Source: Bradymonadia bacterium (GTDB lineage Bacteria; Myxococcota_A; Bradymonadia; UBA7976; UBA1532). From it: a DNA stretch of 64,000 nucleotides. The notes beneath the pieces are model-generated. The model searched no databases, was not told where the DNA came from, and worked only from the letters and a program-made list of their open reading frames with translations. Shown piece by piece: positions 38,353 to 47,601 of the stretch; position 1 is the stretch's first letter; each line of letters opens with the position of its first letter. The DNA is taken from positions 48,775 to 112,774 of the forward strand of contig JBKAGE010000076.1 in NCBI GenBank assembly GCA_046290225.1, read 5' to 3'. The translations under genes and the position numbers were made by a program.

Positions 38353-40101
38353 TTGAAGCTCAGACCAACGTCATCGGCGCTGTGGGGCGCCTCTGTCATG
38401 ATGTGCATGGGGGTGACGTCGAGCGCCCACGCCGGTGAGTGGCAACAGGCCACCCTCGGTGGGGTGACCACCCAGCTGTATCGACCAGACGCCGAGGGTG
38501 TGGCCGGTGAAGGTCGGCCCCTGTTCATCGCGCTCCATGGCTGCGCTCAGCAGGCCACGGCGCTCAAAGACTTCGGCAACTGGTCTGCTGCAGAAGAGTA
38601 TGGCGCGGTCATCGCCCTGCCCTCAGCCCCCAATGGTGGAGTGTACGCAGGGTGCTGGGATTACTACGGGGCCGGTCACACCCGCGGCAACCGCCACAAC
38701 GGGCCCCTGCTGGCCATGGTGCAGGCCCTGCTCGACGACGCCGAGCTGAAGATCGATCCCGCTCAGGTCTACATCACCGGGCTCTCGTCGGGTGGCGCTC
38801 AGGCGGGGGTCATGGGCTGCCTCGCGCCGGAGATCTTTGCCGGTGTGGGCATCAACGCCGGCCCTGCAGTCGGCACGTCCGAAGCCGACATCGCCAGCGC
38901 CACGGGCACCCCAGAAGGCGTCGCGAATACGTGCACCACCCTCGCAGGCGCGGAGTCCGGGGCCTTCTCGACCCAGCTCACGGCGGTGGTCTACGGCGAC
39001 AAAGATGTCATCGTGGCCCCGGGCTACGGCCGCCTCAACGCCCTCTCTCGGGCTGGCCTCTACAGCGTGCCCGACGCCCCGGATGCCTTCACCCTCGACG
39101 GCCTCCCAGGGTACGCCCCTTCAGGCCAGGGGCAGATCTGGTTCGATGCCGACGGTCCACGGGTCTCGCTCATCGAGGTGACGGGCATGGGCCACGCGTG
39201 GCCCGCAGGCACCGGGGAAGGCTTCGAGAACCAGTTCGTCGCCGCGGAAGGCCTCGACTGGTTCAGCTATCTGATGCAGTGGTTCACCGCCCACAACCGC
39301 CGGCTCGACGGCTTCACCCCCGAGCCCCCAGGCGTGACACCAGAGCCCACCCCCACGAGCCCGCCCACGCTGACGCTCACCGATGTCACCAGCACAGCAG
39401 GCTGTCTGCAGGCGTCGGGGCAGTTGTCCACCCTCGAAGGCGATCCGCTGAGCGGCCCCGAGGTGCAGGTGTTGTTGGTGGCAGGCGACACGAGCGCCCT
39501 GGCCACGGTGGAGCTCAGCGGCCGCTGGCAGGGCGAAGTCTGCGGCCTCGAGTCAGGCTGCTACCAGCTCGGCGTTCGGGTCACGAGCCCCGGCGGGCAA
39601 GACGCCCTCACCAGCGATCCAGTGCCGGTGGTGGCTACGGCAACGCCTGATGAAGGCAACATGAACCCTGCGCCAAGTGGGGTGGTGGCGGAGGTGGAGG
39701 ACACGCTGGTGGGCCACACCGGACGCTTGAGCGTCTACCCTGGGGGCTACGGTGTGGCCGACACCACCTACCTCGACTTGCTCGATCAGTTCGGCACGAT
39801 GACACCCTTCACGCTGTATCAGAGCGCCGACGGGGACTGGTACCTCGATCCGGCGAACATCCCTGGCGGCGCGCCAGAGATGCCCATGGCAGAGACGCCG
39901 AGCTGTGACGAGGTGACGCCGCCCTCGACCGAGCCAGAGGCGCCGGGCGAAATGCCCCAGCCAGGGCAACCGGGTGGCGGCGGTGGCGCGACCGCTGGGG
40001 GCCCAGCGGTGCGCACGAGTGGGGGCTGTCAGGGTGCACCCGGTGGTGGGGGGCTTTGGTGGATGGCGTTGCCATTGCTCGGGCTCCGACGCCGACGCTG
40101 A
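38353..40101 (+). CDS. Extracellular PHB depolymerase family esterase with MYXO-CTERM-like tail
   Basis: LHGCAQ, GCWDY, lipase box GLSSGG, GMGHAWPAG; GC..WWMALPLLGLRRRR tail. TTG start inferred from the RBS. Confidence 0.85.
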   Translation: MKLRPTSSALWGASVMMCMGVTSSAHAGEWQQATLGGVTTQLYRPDAEGVAGEGRPLFIALHGCAQQATALKDFGNWSAAEEYGAVIALPSAPNGGVYAGCWDYYGAGHTRGNRHNGPLLAMVQALLDDAELKIDPAQVYITGLSSGGAQAGVMGCLAPEIFAGVGINAGPAVGTSEADIASATGTPEGVANTCTTLAGAESGAFSTQLTAVVYGDKDVIVAPGYGRLNALSRAGLYSVPDAPDAFTLDGLPGYAPSGQGQIWFDADGPRVSLIEVTGMGHAWPAGTGEGFENQFVAAEGLDWFSYLMQWFTAHNRRLDGFTPEPPGVTPEPTPTSPPTLTLTDVTSTAGCLQASGQLSTLEGDPLSGPEVQVLLVAGDTSALATVELSGRWQGEVCGLESGCYQLGVRVTSPGGQDALTSDPVPVVATATPDEGNMNPAPSGVVAEVEDTLVGHTGRLSVYPGGYGVADTTYLDLLDQFGTMTPFTLYQSADGDWYLDPANIPGGAPEMPMAETPSCDEVTPPSTEPEAPGEMPQPGQPGGGGGATAGGPAVRTSGGCQGAPGGGGLWWMALPLLGLRRRR

Positions 40102-40204
40102 CCACCCTCAATCAGGCGCGCCCCGCCGTGAGGCGTTTGACATCGGGGCCATGAATCGGGCACCTAACCCGGTCATCGAGCCCCCTGCCGCTGCCGGAGA
40201 TGCC

Positions 40205-40993
40205 ATGAACACCCCGAGCAAGTCTCTCGAAGCCCGCCTCCTCGATCGCATCTCCAAGGCCAACAAGGCCTTCGATCTCATCGCCCCCGGCGACAAAATC
40301 ATGGTGGCCCTCTCCGGAGGCAAGGACTCGTGGGCCCTGCTCTATCTGCTGCGGGCCTATCGCCAGAAGGTGCCCTTCGACTTCAGCATCGTGGGGGTGA
40401 ACCTCGACCAGGGGCACCCCGGGTTCCCCGCCCAGGTGCTCATCGACCACCTCACCGCAGAAGGGTTCGATCATCGAGTGGTGTTCAAGGACACCTACTC
40501 CGTGGTGCAGGCCAAGACCCCCGAGGGCAAGACCTACTGCGCCCTGTGCTCCCGTATGCGCCGGGGCATCCTGCATCAGATCGCCGAAGAGCTCGGCTGC
40601 CGATCCATCGCGCTGGGCCACCATCGGGACGACGTGGCCCAGACCCTGCTGCTCAACGTGTTCTTCTCAGGGCGTATGCGGGGCATGCCGGCGAAGCTCG
40701 AGGGGCCCATCTCGGTGATCCGGCCCATGGTGTACTGCGCCGAGTCCGAGCTCGCTGCGTACTGTGACCAGGTGGGGGCGCCGATCCTCCCCTGCAACCT
40801 CTGCGGCAGCCAGGAGAACCTGCAGCGTCAGGAGATGAAGGCCCTGCTCAACACCCTCGAAGGCCGCCACCCCAGCATCAAGGGCAACATGCTGGCGGCC
40901 CTCACCGGCGCGGGGCTCATGGCCGAGGGTGTGGCCCCTGTGGAGACCGCGCCCGAAGTCATCCAGGACACTCTGATTCAGATCGAAGGCTGA
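40205..40993 (+). CDS. ttcA: tRNA 2-thiocytidine(32) synthetase
   Basis: SGGKDS PP-loop, CALCSRMRRG, GHHRDD, IRPM, PCNLCGSQENLQR. Confidence 0.92.
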   Translation: MNTPSKSLEARLLDRISKANKAFDLIAPGDKIMVALSGGKDSWALLYLLRAYRQKVPFDFSIVGVNLDQGHPGFPAQVLIDHLTAEGFDHRVVFKDTYSVVQAKTPEGKTYCALCSRMRRGILHQIAEELGCRSIALGHHRDDVAQTLLLNVFFSGRMRGMPAKLEGPISVIRPMVYCAESELAAYCDQVGAPILPCNLCGSQENLQRQEMKALLNTLEGRHPSIKGNMLAALTGAGLMAEGVAPVETAPEVIQDTLIQIEG

Positions 40994-41047
40994 AACCGCT
41001 GCCTCAGATTGCATCATGGCGGCGCCTTTGCCGTATGTTGTTCTGAG

Positions 41048-41932
41048 ATGCTCGATCTGAACGCCACCTCGCTCCGAGGCTCCATCCTGTTGCTCTGGCT
41101 CGTCACGCTGACGCCCCACATCACGTCGGCCCGTGGCAAGACACCTCGCTGGCACACCGTCGATGGCGCGGCTGCAGGGGCATCCGAGGCCATCGGAGGC
41201 TACAGCAAGGGCTGCCTGCAGGGGGGCGTCAGCGTCGGCCCTACGGGGAAGGGGTTTCAGATCATCCGCCTCGAGCGCAACCGCAGCTGGGGGCACCCCA
41301 CCCTGGCCACCTTCGTCGAAGGCTACGGCGCTCGGCTCGACGCCGCTGGCCTGCCCCCGGCCCTCATCGGTGACTTGGCGCAGCCCCGGGGGGGTCGCAT
41401 GCCCTCGGACCACCGCAGTCACCAGACCGGCCTCGACGTCGATGTCTGGTTCAGCCGGCCCGAGGGGCCACATCCTCTGCCTCGAACGGCCGTTCAGGCG
41501 TGGACGTTCCCCGATCTCGCCGACAAGAAGACCGAAGAGATCCACCCAGACCGCCTCACCAAAGATCGCATCGAGATGCTGAGGCTCGCCGCCGAAGATG
41601 ACACTGTGGCCCGCATCTTCGTGAGCTATGTCATCAAGGGCGCGCTGTGTGCACAGGTGAAGGGTGATCGCAGCTGGCTACGCAAGATCAGGCCCTGGTG
41701 GGGTCACCGCGCCCACTTCCACGTGCGCCTGCACTGCCCCGAAGGCAGCCCGGACTGTGTGCCACAGAAGACCCTGCCCCCCGGCGACGGGTGCGACGTC
41801 TGGAGCTGGTTCACTCGAGCCGAGGTGGCCGCCCGCAAAGCCAGGGGCGAGCCCAAGTACACCCCACCGAAGATCAAACGACCCCGCCGCTGTCGGCAGG
41901 TGCTCAAGGCCCGAAAGGCTCGATCAGAGTGA
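41048..41932 (+). CDS. mepA: Penicillin-insensitive murein endopeptidase
   Basis: IGGYSKGCLQG, RNRSWGHP, GDLAQPRGG..HRSHQTGLDVDVWF, IRPWWGH..HFHVRL. Confidence 0.92.
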   Translation: MLDLNATSLRGSILLLWLVTLTPHITSARGKTPRWHTVDGAAAGASEAIGGYSKGCLQGGVSVGPTGKGFQIIRLERNRSWGHPTLATFVEGYGARLDAAGLPPALIGDLAQPRGGRMPSDHRSHQTGLDVDVWFSRPEGPHPLPRTAVQAWTFPDLADKKTEEIHPDRLTKDRIEMLRLAAEDDTVARIFVSYVIKGALCAQVKGDRSWLRKIRPWWGHRAHFHVRLHCPEGSPDCVPQKTLPPGDGCDVWSWFTRAEVAARKARGEPKYTPPKIKRPRRCRQVLKARKARSE

Positions 41933-41939
41933 GCCGCCC

Positions 41940-44300
41940 TTGAGCAGACGAGATCATGTCCCTGCCTGGCTGGTGGTGATGCTGTGCACGCTCTGTGTGC
42001 GCGCCCACGCTGACGAGATCACTGTAGGCCCGGGGCCAGATCCCACAGAGCTGCCCACGGTGAGAGACGTGCAGGTGGAAGGCCTCGGGCCGAGCCAGAG
42101 ACTGAAAGCCGAGATCCTCGCGCGGCCTCTGTTGGATCAGCCTGCAGATCCAGACCGCATCGACGGTGTGTTGCGTGCTTTGTCCACCCAGGGCGGCCTC
42201 GGCGCCTTCGATGTACAGGTGGAGCGCGCCGGAGATGTGGCGGTGGTGATCCTGATCAGCGCCGGCCCTCGGCGGCTGGTGGAGGGGATCCTGCTCGACA
42301 CCCGGCCTGACGACGGGATGGACCCCAACCCTCGACTCAACAGCCTGCTCAGGCGTCAGCTCCAAGCGAGCGATCATCCGCTGCGCACCACAGAAGGTCA
42401 GCCGTTCCACCCTTACTGGCTCGAGGCAGATGTAGAGGCTGTTCGTCGATTCTATGTGGAAGACGGCCACCTCGACGCACGGGTGGAGCCGATGCTCCGG
42501 CCCGCTGGAGAGCTCGTCGAGGTGGTGTTCCACATCACGCCGGGGCCGGTGTACTCCACCGGCGAGATCACCCGCTCGGCGCCGACGACCCCGGCATGGC
42601 GGGCCATGGAGTCGGTCTCTCTACGCATCGAGCGCGGCGCCCCAGTGCCCTGGTGGTTGAAGGCCGACGCGCACCGCATGCGCCGGGCGGTGTGCCTCGC
42701 CGGGGGACACCCCGAGGCCACGGTGGACACCACGGTGAGCGAGACGGGTGAAGAGCGCTCGGTCCGCTTCGAGGTCACCCCGGGTCCTGCCCGCAAGATC
42801 CGCTCGATCGACTTCACGCATCAGAGCCTGCCGCCGAGCTTCCTCGCAGAGCACGGCGTCGCTGCAGGCGCCCCTTATTGCCCGGATGCTCTGGTCGAGC
42901 TGGAGAAAGCCATCTCCGCCCGGCTGAAGAACGAAGGGTTCCCTGATCCTGATCTGAAGCTCTCTGCCCGCTCTTTGCCCCCTGCGGAGGCCATGGCCAT
43001 GGGCAACCGCATGGTGGACGTCGTCATTCAGGTCCAACCCCGAACGCAGGCGGTGATCCAGCGTGTCTGGTTCGACGGCAACAAGGTGACTGAGGCCTCG
43101 GTGCTCGAGAGCATGGTGGTGGTCCGCGATGGCGACATCTTCAACCAGACCGACATCGATCGCAGCGTGCAGAATCTGCTCCGCAGTGGCTTGTTTCGTC
43201 GCGCATACGCCCGTGTGATTGATGGCGGCGGCGGGCGCTTCTATCTCTACTTCGTGGTGCAGGAGAGAGAGTTCCTCTCGCTGAGTTTTCAGAACCAGGA
43301 GGTGACTTTCTACAACATGGATCTCACCCGGGCGCCCACGGCGCTGGGCGAGCTCACCGATGGCGTGACACTGCGAGGCCGCGGGCAGCAGCTGGCGATC
43401 CGCGCCCAGAAGGACCACCAGCGCCTGCGATTTCGAGATCCGTTCCTCTTCAACAACATGGTGACCCGTGTGGATCTCGAACGCCGCGAGTTCGGCTTCA
43501 GCGAGCTCGACGAGACGGTCTGGGCCGCCACCCTGGGTCTGGGGTTGCGGGCCTTCGAGAACCGCCTGGAGCTCATCCCCGTGGTGGCTGTGGAGACGCT
43601 GCAATCAGAGTCCCCGGCGCGGTACGCCTCTCTGCCGGTGCGCGGTGACGATCAGCTCCGTGTGCTCTGGGGCCTGGAGACGCTCATCGATCTGCGGCTG
43701 GTGGATGGCGAGCGCTTTCCCTATTTGGGGGCGCTCCTCGAGACGAGCGTGCGCAACATCGGCCTGCCAGGCTACGGGAAGCCCGATGTGCTGCGCCTGA
43801 GAACCTCGGGGCGCTTCTTCCTCCCTCTGGGCACGAACCGCACGGGCCAGCACTTTGTGTTGGAGTCTTTTGTGGAAGGGCACTGGCGCATCTCCGAGAA
43901 GGAGAACCGCATCACGGCCTTCGAGCGCGCTGCCCCCGAGATCAGAGGGTACGACCGGGAGGCCCACTATCTGGCCCACGAGATCGTGTCGACGGACGCA
44001 GAAGGCCGCCTTCAACAAGAGCAGGTAATGCTGGGCAGCACCGAGGCGTACGTGGGCTCGGTCTCGATCCGACTGCCCCTGTTCAACCAGCGCCGCACGA
44101 CGCTGGTGCCCTTCCTCGACGCCATCACCATGGGCGATCCCCGCAACCCCACCTTCGATCGCGTGTTCTTCGGCGCCGGCGCCCAACTTCGCTTCTCGCT
44201 GTTCAAAGAGCGCCTCGAAGGCTTCATCTATGTGGCCCACCCCCTGAACGATACGGATGAAGCCGACTTCTTCGGCTCTGGCGCTGGCGGGAGCTTTTAG
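41940..44300 (+). CDS. Omp85 (BamA/TamA-like) outer membrane protein with POTRA domains
   Basis: POTRA-like segments (FYVEDGHLDARV; WFDGNKVTE..S..NLLRSGLF), IRGY motif, beta-barrel C-terminus ending in Phe. Start uncertain. Confidence 0.72.
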   Translation: MSRRDHVPAWLVVMLCTLCVRAHADEITVGPGPDPTELPTVRDVQVEGLGPSQRLKAEILARPLLDQPADPDRIDGVLRALSTQGGLGAFDVQVERAGDVAVVILISAGPRRLVEGILLDTRPDDGMDPNPRLNSLLRRQLQASDHPLRTTEGQPFHPYWLEADVEAVRRFYVEDGHLDARVEPMLRPAGELVEVVFHITPGPVYSTGEITRSAPTTPAWRAMESVSLRIERGAPVPWWLKADAHRMRRAVCLAGGHPEATVDTTVSETGEERSVRFEVTPGPARKIRSIDFTHQSLPPSFLAEHGVAAGAPYCPDALVELEKAISARLKNEGFPDPDLKLSARSLPPAEAMAMGNRMVDVVIQVQPRTQAVIQRVWFDGNKVTEASVLESMVVVRDGDIFNQTDIDRSVQNLLRSGLFRRAYARVIDGGGGRFYLYFVVQEREFLSLSFQNQEVTFYNMDLTRAPTALGELTDGVTLRGRGQQLAIRAQKDHQRLRFRDPFLFNNMVTRVDLERREFGFSELDETVWAATLGLGLRAFENRLELIPVVAVETLQSESPARYASLPVRGDDQLRVLWGLETLIDLRLVDGERFPYLGALLETSVRNIGLPGYGKPDVLRLRTSGRFFLPLGTNRTGQHFVLESFVEGHWRISEKENRITAFERAAPEIRGYDREAHYLAHEIVSTDAEGRLQQEQVMLGSTEAYVGSVSIRLPLFNQRRTTLVPFLDAITMGDPRNPTFDRVFFGAGAQLRFSLFKERLEGFIYVAHPLNDTDEADFFGSGAGGSF

Positions 44301-44303
44301 CTC

Positions 44304-44319
44304 CGGGGCTTCGGCCCCG
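44304..44319. terminator. GC hairpin with C(UUCG)G loop after the Omp85 gene
   Basis: CGGGGC-TTCG-GCCCCG; no U-tract, so it may be a stabiliser rather than a terminator. Confidence 0.4.
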
Positions 44320-44448
44320 TGAGCGGCCGCCTGGGCTGTGAGGCGTGGCGCCTGGGCGGCGCTTCCGTCCTCGACGATGCTTCCAGCATCGCCTGCGGGT
44401 GAATCACCACCCAGACACCACGCCTCACAACCCAGGCGACCACTCACG
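44318..44448 (-). other. Long strand-specific stem-loop (possible ncRNA or ssDNA structure)
   Basis: 44318-44361 pairs with 44405-44448; all 7 non-Watson-Crick positions are G-U on the minus strand; inner hairpin CGATGCT-TCC-AGCATCG. Confidence 0.65.
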
Positions 44449-44646
44449 TGGCCTGCGCCCCTCCGCGTGCATGTTTGGGGGCTGGATAGGGGGTTTTGGG
44501 GGGGAGGTTGGAGGAGGGCTTGGGGGTCGAGGTTGGAGGAGGGGTTGAGAGAGGCTGATGGAGAAAAGAGCTTTGGGACAACCTTTGGGGCTTTGACAAC
44601 ATCATTATGAACAGCGGATATAATCCATGCTTCTAGCAGCTAAAAA

Positions 44647-45546
44647 TTGACGTATCTGGTGCAGCATCGGGAGAGCAAGCCGGGTGAGGTGGTGAGTGTG
44701 CAGAAGAGCCTTGCTGAGCTTTTGAGACGAACATCCGGAGACCACACCGGACATTGGAACGAAGAGGCGTGGCGACAAGTCGTCCATGGCCCCGCTCAGA
44801 GCCTCGCCCACTGCGCCGAAGCCCAGAACATCGACGAAGCGCACAGCCTCTCCATGCTCGAGGCCTACCTCACCCTGGCCAAGCGCGCCGTACTCGATGG
44901 CTACCTGCTGCCCGAGGGCGTCGGGCGACACGGCTTCTTTCACCACGCCTGGACCCAGCTGATCCCTCGGCTGCTGCCCCTTGCATCGACAGATACGCAT
45001 GGTCGGCTCATGGGCATGCTCTGGGCCCTCGGCGAAAACCTCGAGACCGCACCCCCCTGGCTCGAAGCCCTCATCACGGCGGCCTCCGATGATCTGACCA
45101 GCCTCGAAGATCTCGACGAGTGGGTGGCTGATCTGACCCTCGAAGCCCTCGAACCTCCGACACAGACCCTCGAGCCTGAGCAGGCCACCATCACGTGGTT
45201 CGACTTCAGACACAGCGACTGGCAGTTCCTGCCCGGTGAGATGACCTTTGTGGCGCCCACCGTGCTGTGGATCGGTGATCGGCACCGCGTCGATCCTCAA
45301 CAGCGCCCCCTCGGCCATGGCCTCTGGCTTACACCGGGTGGGCCGCGCTCGTTGGGCCCGTTGCCGCCGCCAGAGATCGAGCTCGATCTCGGCGAAGAGA
45401 CCGATCCGATGCCCATATTCGACAAGGCCATTGGCTCGGACCGACGCTTCACCTCGGTCTTCACGGCCCGGGCGAACCCCTGGTGTGGTGCAGCTGCGCT
45501 CGAGAGTTCGCAGAGCATCGTCACGCTCACGGCAGCGGCGGGCTAA
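44647..45546 (+). CDS. Hypothetical protein
   Basis: Long ORF with host-like codon usage; no family recognised; start uncertain. Confidence 0.6.
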   Translation: MTYLVQHRESKPGEVVSVQKSLAELLRRTSGDHTGHWNEEAWRQVVHGPAQSLAHCAEAQNIDEAHSLSMLEAYLTLAKRAVLDGYLLPEGVGRHGFFHHAWTQLIPRLLPLASTDTHGRLMGMLWALGENLETAPPWLEALITAASDDLTSLEDLDEWVADLTLEALEPPTQTLEPEQATITWFDFRHSDWQFLPGEMTFVAPTVLWIGDRHRVDPQQRPLGHGLWLTPGGPRSLGPLPPPEIELDLGEETDPMPIFDKAIGSDRRFTSVFTARANPWCGAAALESSQSIVTLTAAAG

Positions 45547-45639
45547 GCAGTCTTGTGTAGATGAGTGAGGCTCAGGGGCTCCGAAGCCGAGCACCCCAGA
45601 GCCTGATGAGCCAAGAGCTGAACGTTCTATCGGCGATGT

Positions 45640-45954
45640 TCAGTCGAGCTCGCCGCGCTCAGCCTTGCCGATCCAGGTCCTGATCTCACGCTCGATGATG
45701 CCCACGGCTTTCTTCTGCAGAGGCCGAAACAGCAAAGGCACCTTCAACTCCAGGTCGAAGGCCCCGGGGCGCAGCTCCACCGTGCCCTTCAGGGACACCC
45801 CCTTGGCCTTGAACTGAATGTCGGCCTTCTTCGGGGTCAGCCACCTGGCCTGAGGGTTGTACTGGGCGAACTGCGCCCTGTACTGCTCGAAGGCTTTGTC
45901 GGCGGTCTTACGGGCGAGATCGTCGCTGAGGCTGTGTGTGATGGTGTGGCGCAT
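45640..45954 (-). CDS. Polyhydroxyalkanoic acid system family protein (PHA_gran_rgn-like)
   Basis: 104 aa, ITHSL..A, W....F...G..G.V, VPLLFRPL pattern. Confidence 0.7.
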   Translation of the reverse strand: MRHTITHSLSDDLARKTADKAFEQYRAQFAQYNPQARWLTPKKADIQFKAKGVSLKGTVELRPGAFDLELKVPLLFRPLQKKAVGIIEREIRTWIGKAERGELD

Positions 45955-46026
45955 GCAGGCTCCTGAAAGCGTCCCCCTCTCGAGATTCGAGGACTGAGTG
46001 TCTGGGAAGGGTTACACCATCCAGGC

Positions 46027-47454
46027 TCACACCACAAAACGATCAGTCATCTCACCGTCGATGTTCCACCGCTCCACGGTCATGGTGCCGTCGGCAGCCA
46101 CCTCGATCCGCGTGGCGCCATAGGTCTCTTCTGCCACCTGGCGGAGCGGGATCTCTTCGGGGTAGCTGGCCTCGACGTCGTCGCGGGTGGCGTCGATCTC
46201 GTAGCTCAACGCACCGCCGCCACCGTCGACGACGTAGACCATGCCGTCGACGTCGAAGCGCTCATAGCAGTGGTTGTGACCCGTGAGCACCAGCGGCACG
46301 TTGTGGGCTTGGAAGATCGGGTGAAGCACGTCGCGCACGCGGCGGTTCGCCGACGACTTGCTGAAGGTGTAGACCGGCCGGTGGAAGCCCACCACGGCCC
46401 GCTGCAGGCCGTCTGCCTCGAGGGTGCTCAGCTGCTGCTCCAACCACTCGGTCTGGAACGGCTCTGCCTGATCGTCGGTCTCGGAGTTCATCAAGATGAA
46501 CCGCACGCTCCCGAAGTCGAAGGCGTGGAGATCGGATCGAGGGCTCTCGCTGCCCTGAATGCCGAAGAGGCGGCCGTACTGCACGGTGAACTCTTCCTGG
46601 CCTTCGTACTCGTGGTTGCCCACGCACAGCTGTATAGGCGCCACGCGCATCGCCGCGGCGAAGTACTGGAACATGCCGTTCCACGTGTCGCCGGGGTTGC
46701 TCATGTATTGGATGTCACCGCCGTGCACCACCACGTCGGGATTCCAGCTGGCCACGAGCTCGCCCACTCGGATCGAGTTGGGCCACATGGTGTCGGCGAC
46801 CCAGACCGCGGTGAAGGCCTGCCCCGGCGCTGGCGGCGCGGTGAAGGCCCCCGTCACCGTGGTGGGGCCGATCTCCACGGACCAGCTGTATCGCATGCCC
46901 GGGGTCAACTCGGTCATGCGGCCGGTCCAGAGCGTGTAGGTCCCGGGGTAATCGCCGAAGTCCACCCGATCGGGGAACGGCGGCCACCGATATTCGAGCT
47001 CTTCGGTCTCGCTCGTCAGCTCTACACGCTCGGGCTCACCGCCCTCGGCGGTGAGGGTGGCCTCGGCCTCGAACCCCTCCAGGGCTTCGAAGCGCAACAC
47101 CACAACGCCACCGACGATGTGCAGCCAGGGGCCTTTGGTGATGGGGGCCTCGGGCAGACGGGCGAGCGGATGATCGGCGATCGCCGCGTCGGGACTGTCC
47201 GCATCCGGGATCTCGGCATCAGGGGCGTCGACCTCGGCATCAGGTACATCGCTGTCAGGCGACACCATGCCCATATCGGGCATTTGCCCGTCGGGCTCAC
47301 CGCCTGTGCCCTGGTCGCTCACCGCGCCTGTCGTCTCGTCTTCTTCACACCCCGCCAACATCAGCCCGACGGCCACGGAGGCCTGGGCCGCACGGCTCAT
47401 GAAATCTCGCCGGCTGAGTTGGGGGTCGTCGTCTCGTTGCTTCTCGTCGGCCAT
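46027..47454 (-). CDS. Tat-exported metallophosphoesterase (purple acid phosphatase-like) lipoprotein
   Basis: SRRDFM twin-arginine motif, LAGC lipobox; AD / GDIQY / GNHE / FHRP / GHNHCYER metal-binding motifs. Confidence 0.88.
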   Translation of the reverse strand: MADEKQRDDDPQLSRRDFMSRAAQASVAVGLMLAGCEEDETTGAVSDQGTGGEPDGQMPDMGMVSPDSDVPDAEVDAPDAEIPDADSPDAAIADHPLARLPEAPITKGPWLHIVGGVVVLRFEALEGFEAEATLTAEGGEPERVELTSETEELEYRWPPFPDRVDFGDYPGTYTLWTGRMTELTPGMRYSWSVEIGPTTVTGAFTAPPAPGQAFTAVWVADTMWPNSIRVGELVASWNPDVVVHGGDIQYMSNPGDTWNGMFQYFAAAMRVAPIQLCVGNHEYEGQEEFTVQYGRLFGIQGSESPRSDLHAFDFGSVRFILMNSETDDQAEPFQTEWLEQQLSTLEADGLQRAVVGFHRPVYTFSKSSANRRVRDVLHPIFQAHNVPLVLTGHNHCYERFDVDGMVYVVDGGGGALSYEIDATRDDVEASYPEEIPLRQVAEETYGATRIEVAADGTMTVERWNIDGEMTDRFVV

Positions 47455-47524
47455 CTGTACTCCTTGAGCGGCGTATCATATGGCAACTGCCCGGTGATGT
47501 TCCTGGGATTCGACGTCACTTTAT

Positions 47525-47559
47525 GTCATGACCTCTGGGTGAAGTCATGACCTCTGGGT
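47525..47559. repeat. 16-bp direct repeat GTCATGACCTCTGGGT x2
   Basis: Exact copies at 47525-47540 and 47544-47559 in a divergent intergenic region. Confidence 0.8.
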
Positions 47560-47601
47560 CGATCGGTGACAGGGTGTGAGCCCTACGACAACAGGCGGCA
47601 G

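Noticed and set aside
44593..44624. TTGACA and TATAAT as a consensus sigma-70 promoter
   Set aside because: The spacer is 20 bp, too long for a standard promoter, so it was not called as a feature.
45560..45630. CTGATGAG as a hammerhead ribozyme core
   Set aside because: No following stem with GAAA; the region is more simply a hairpin between convergent genes.
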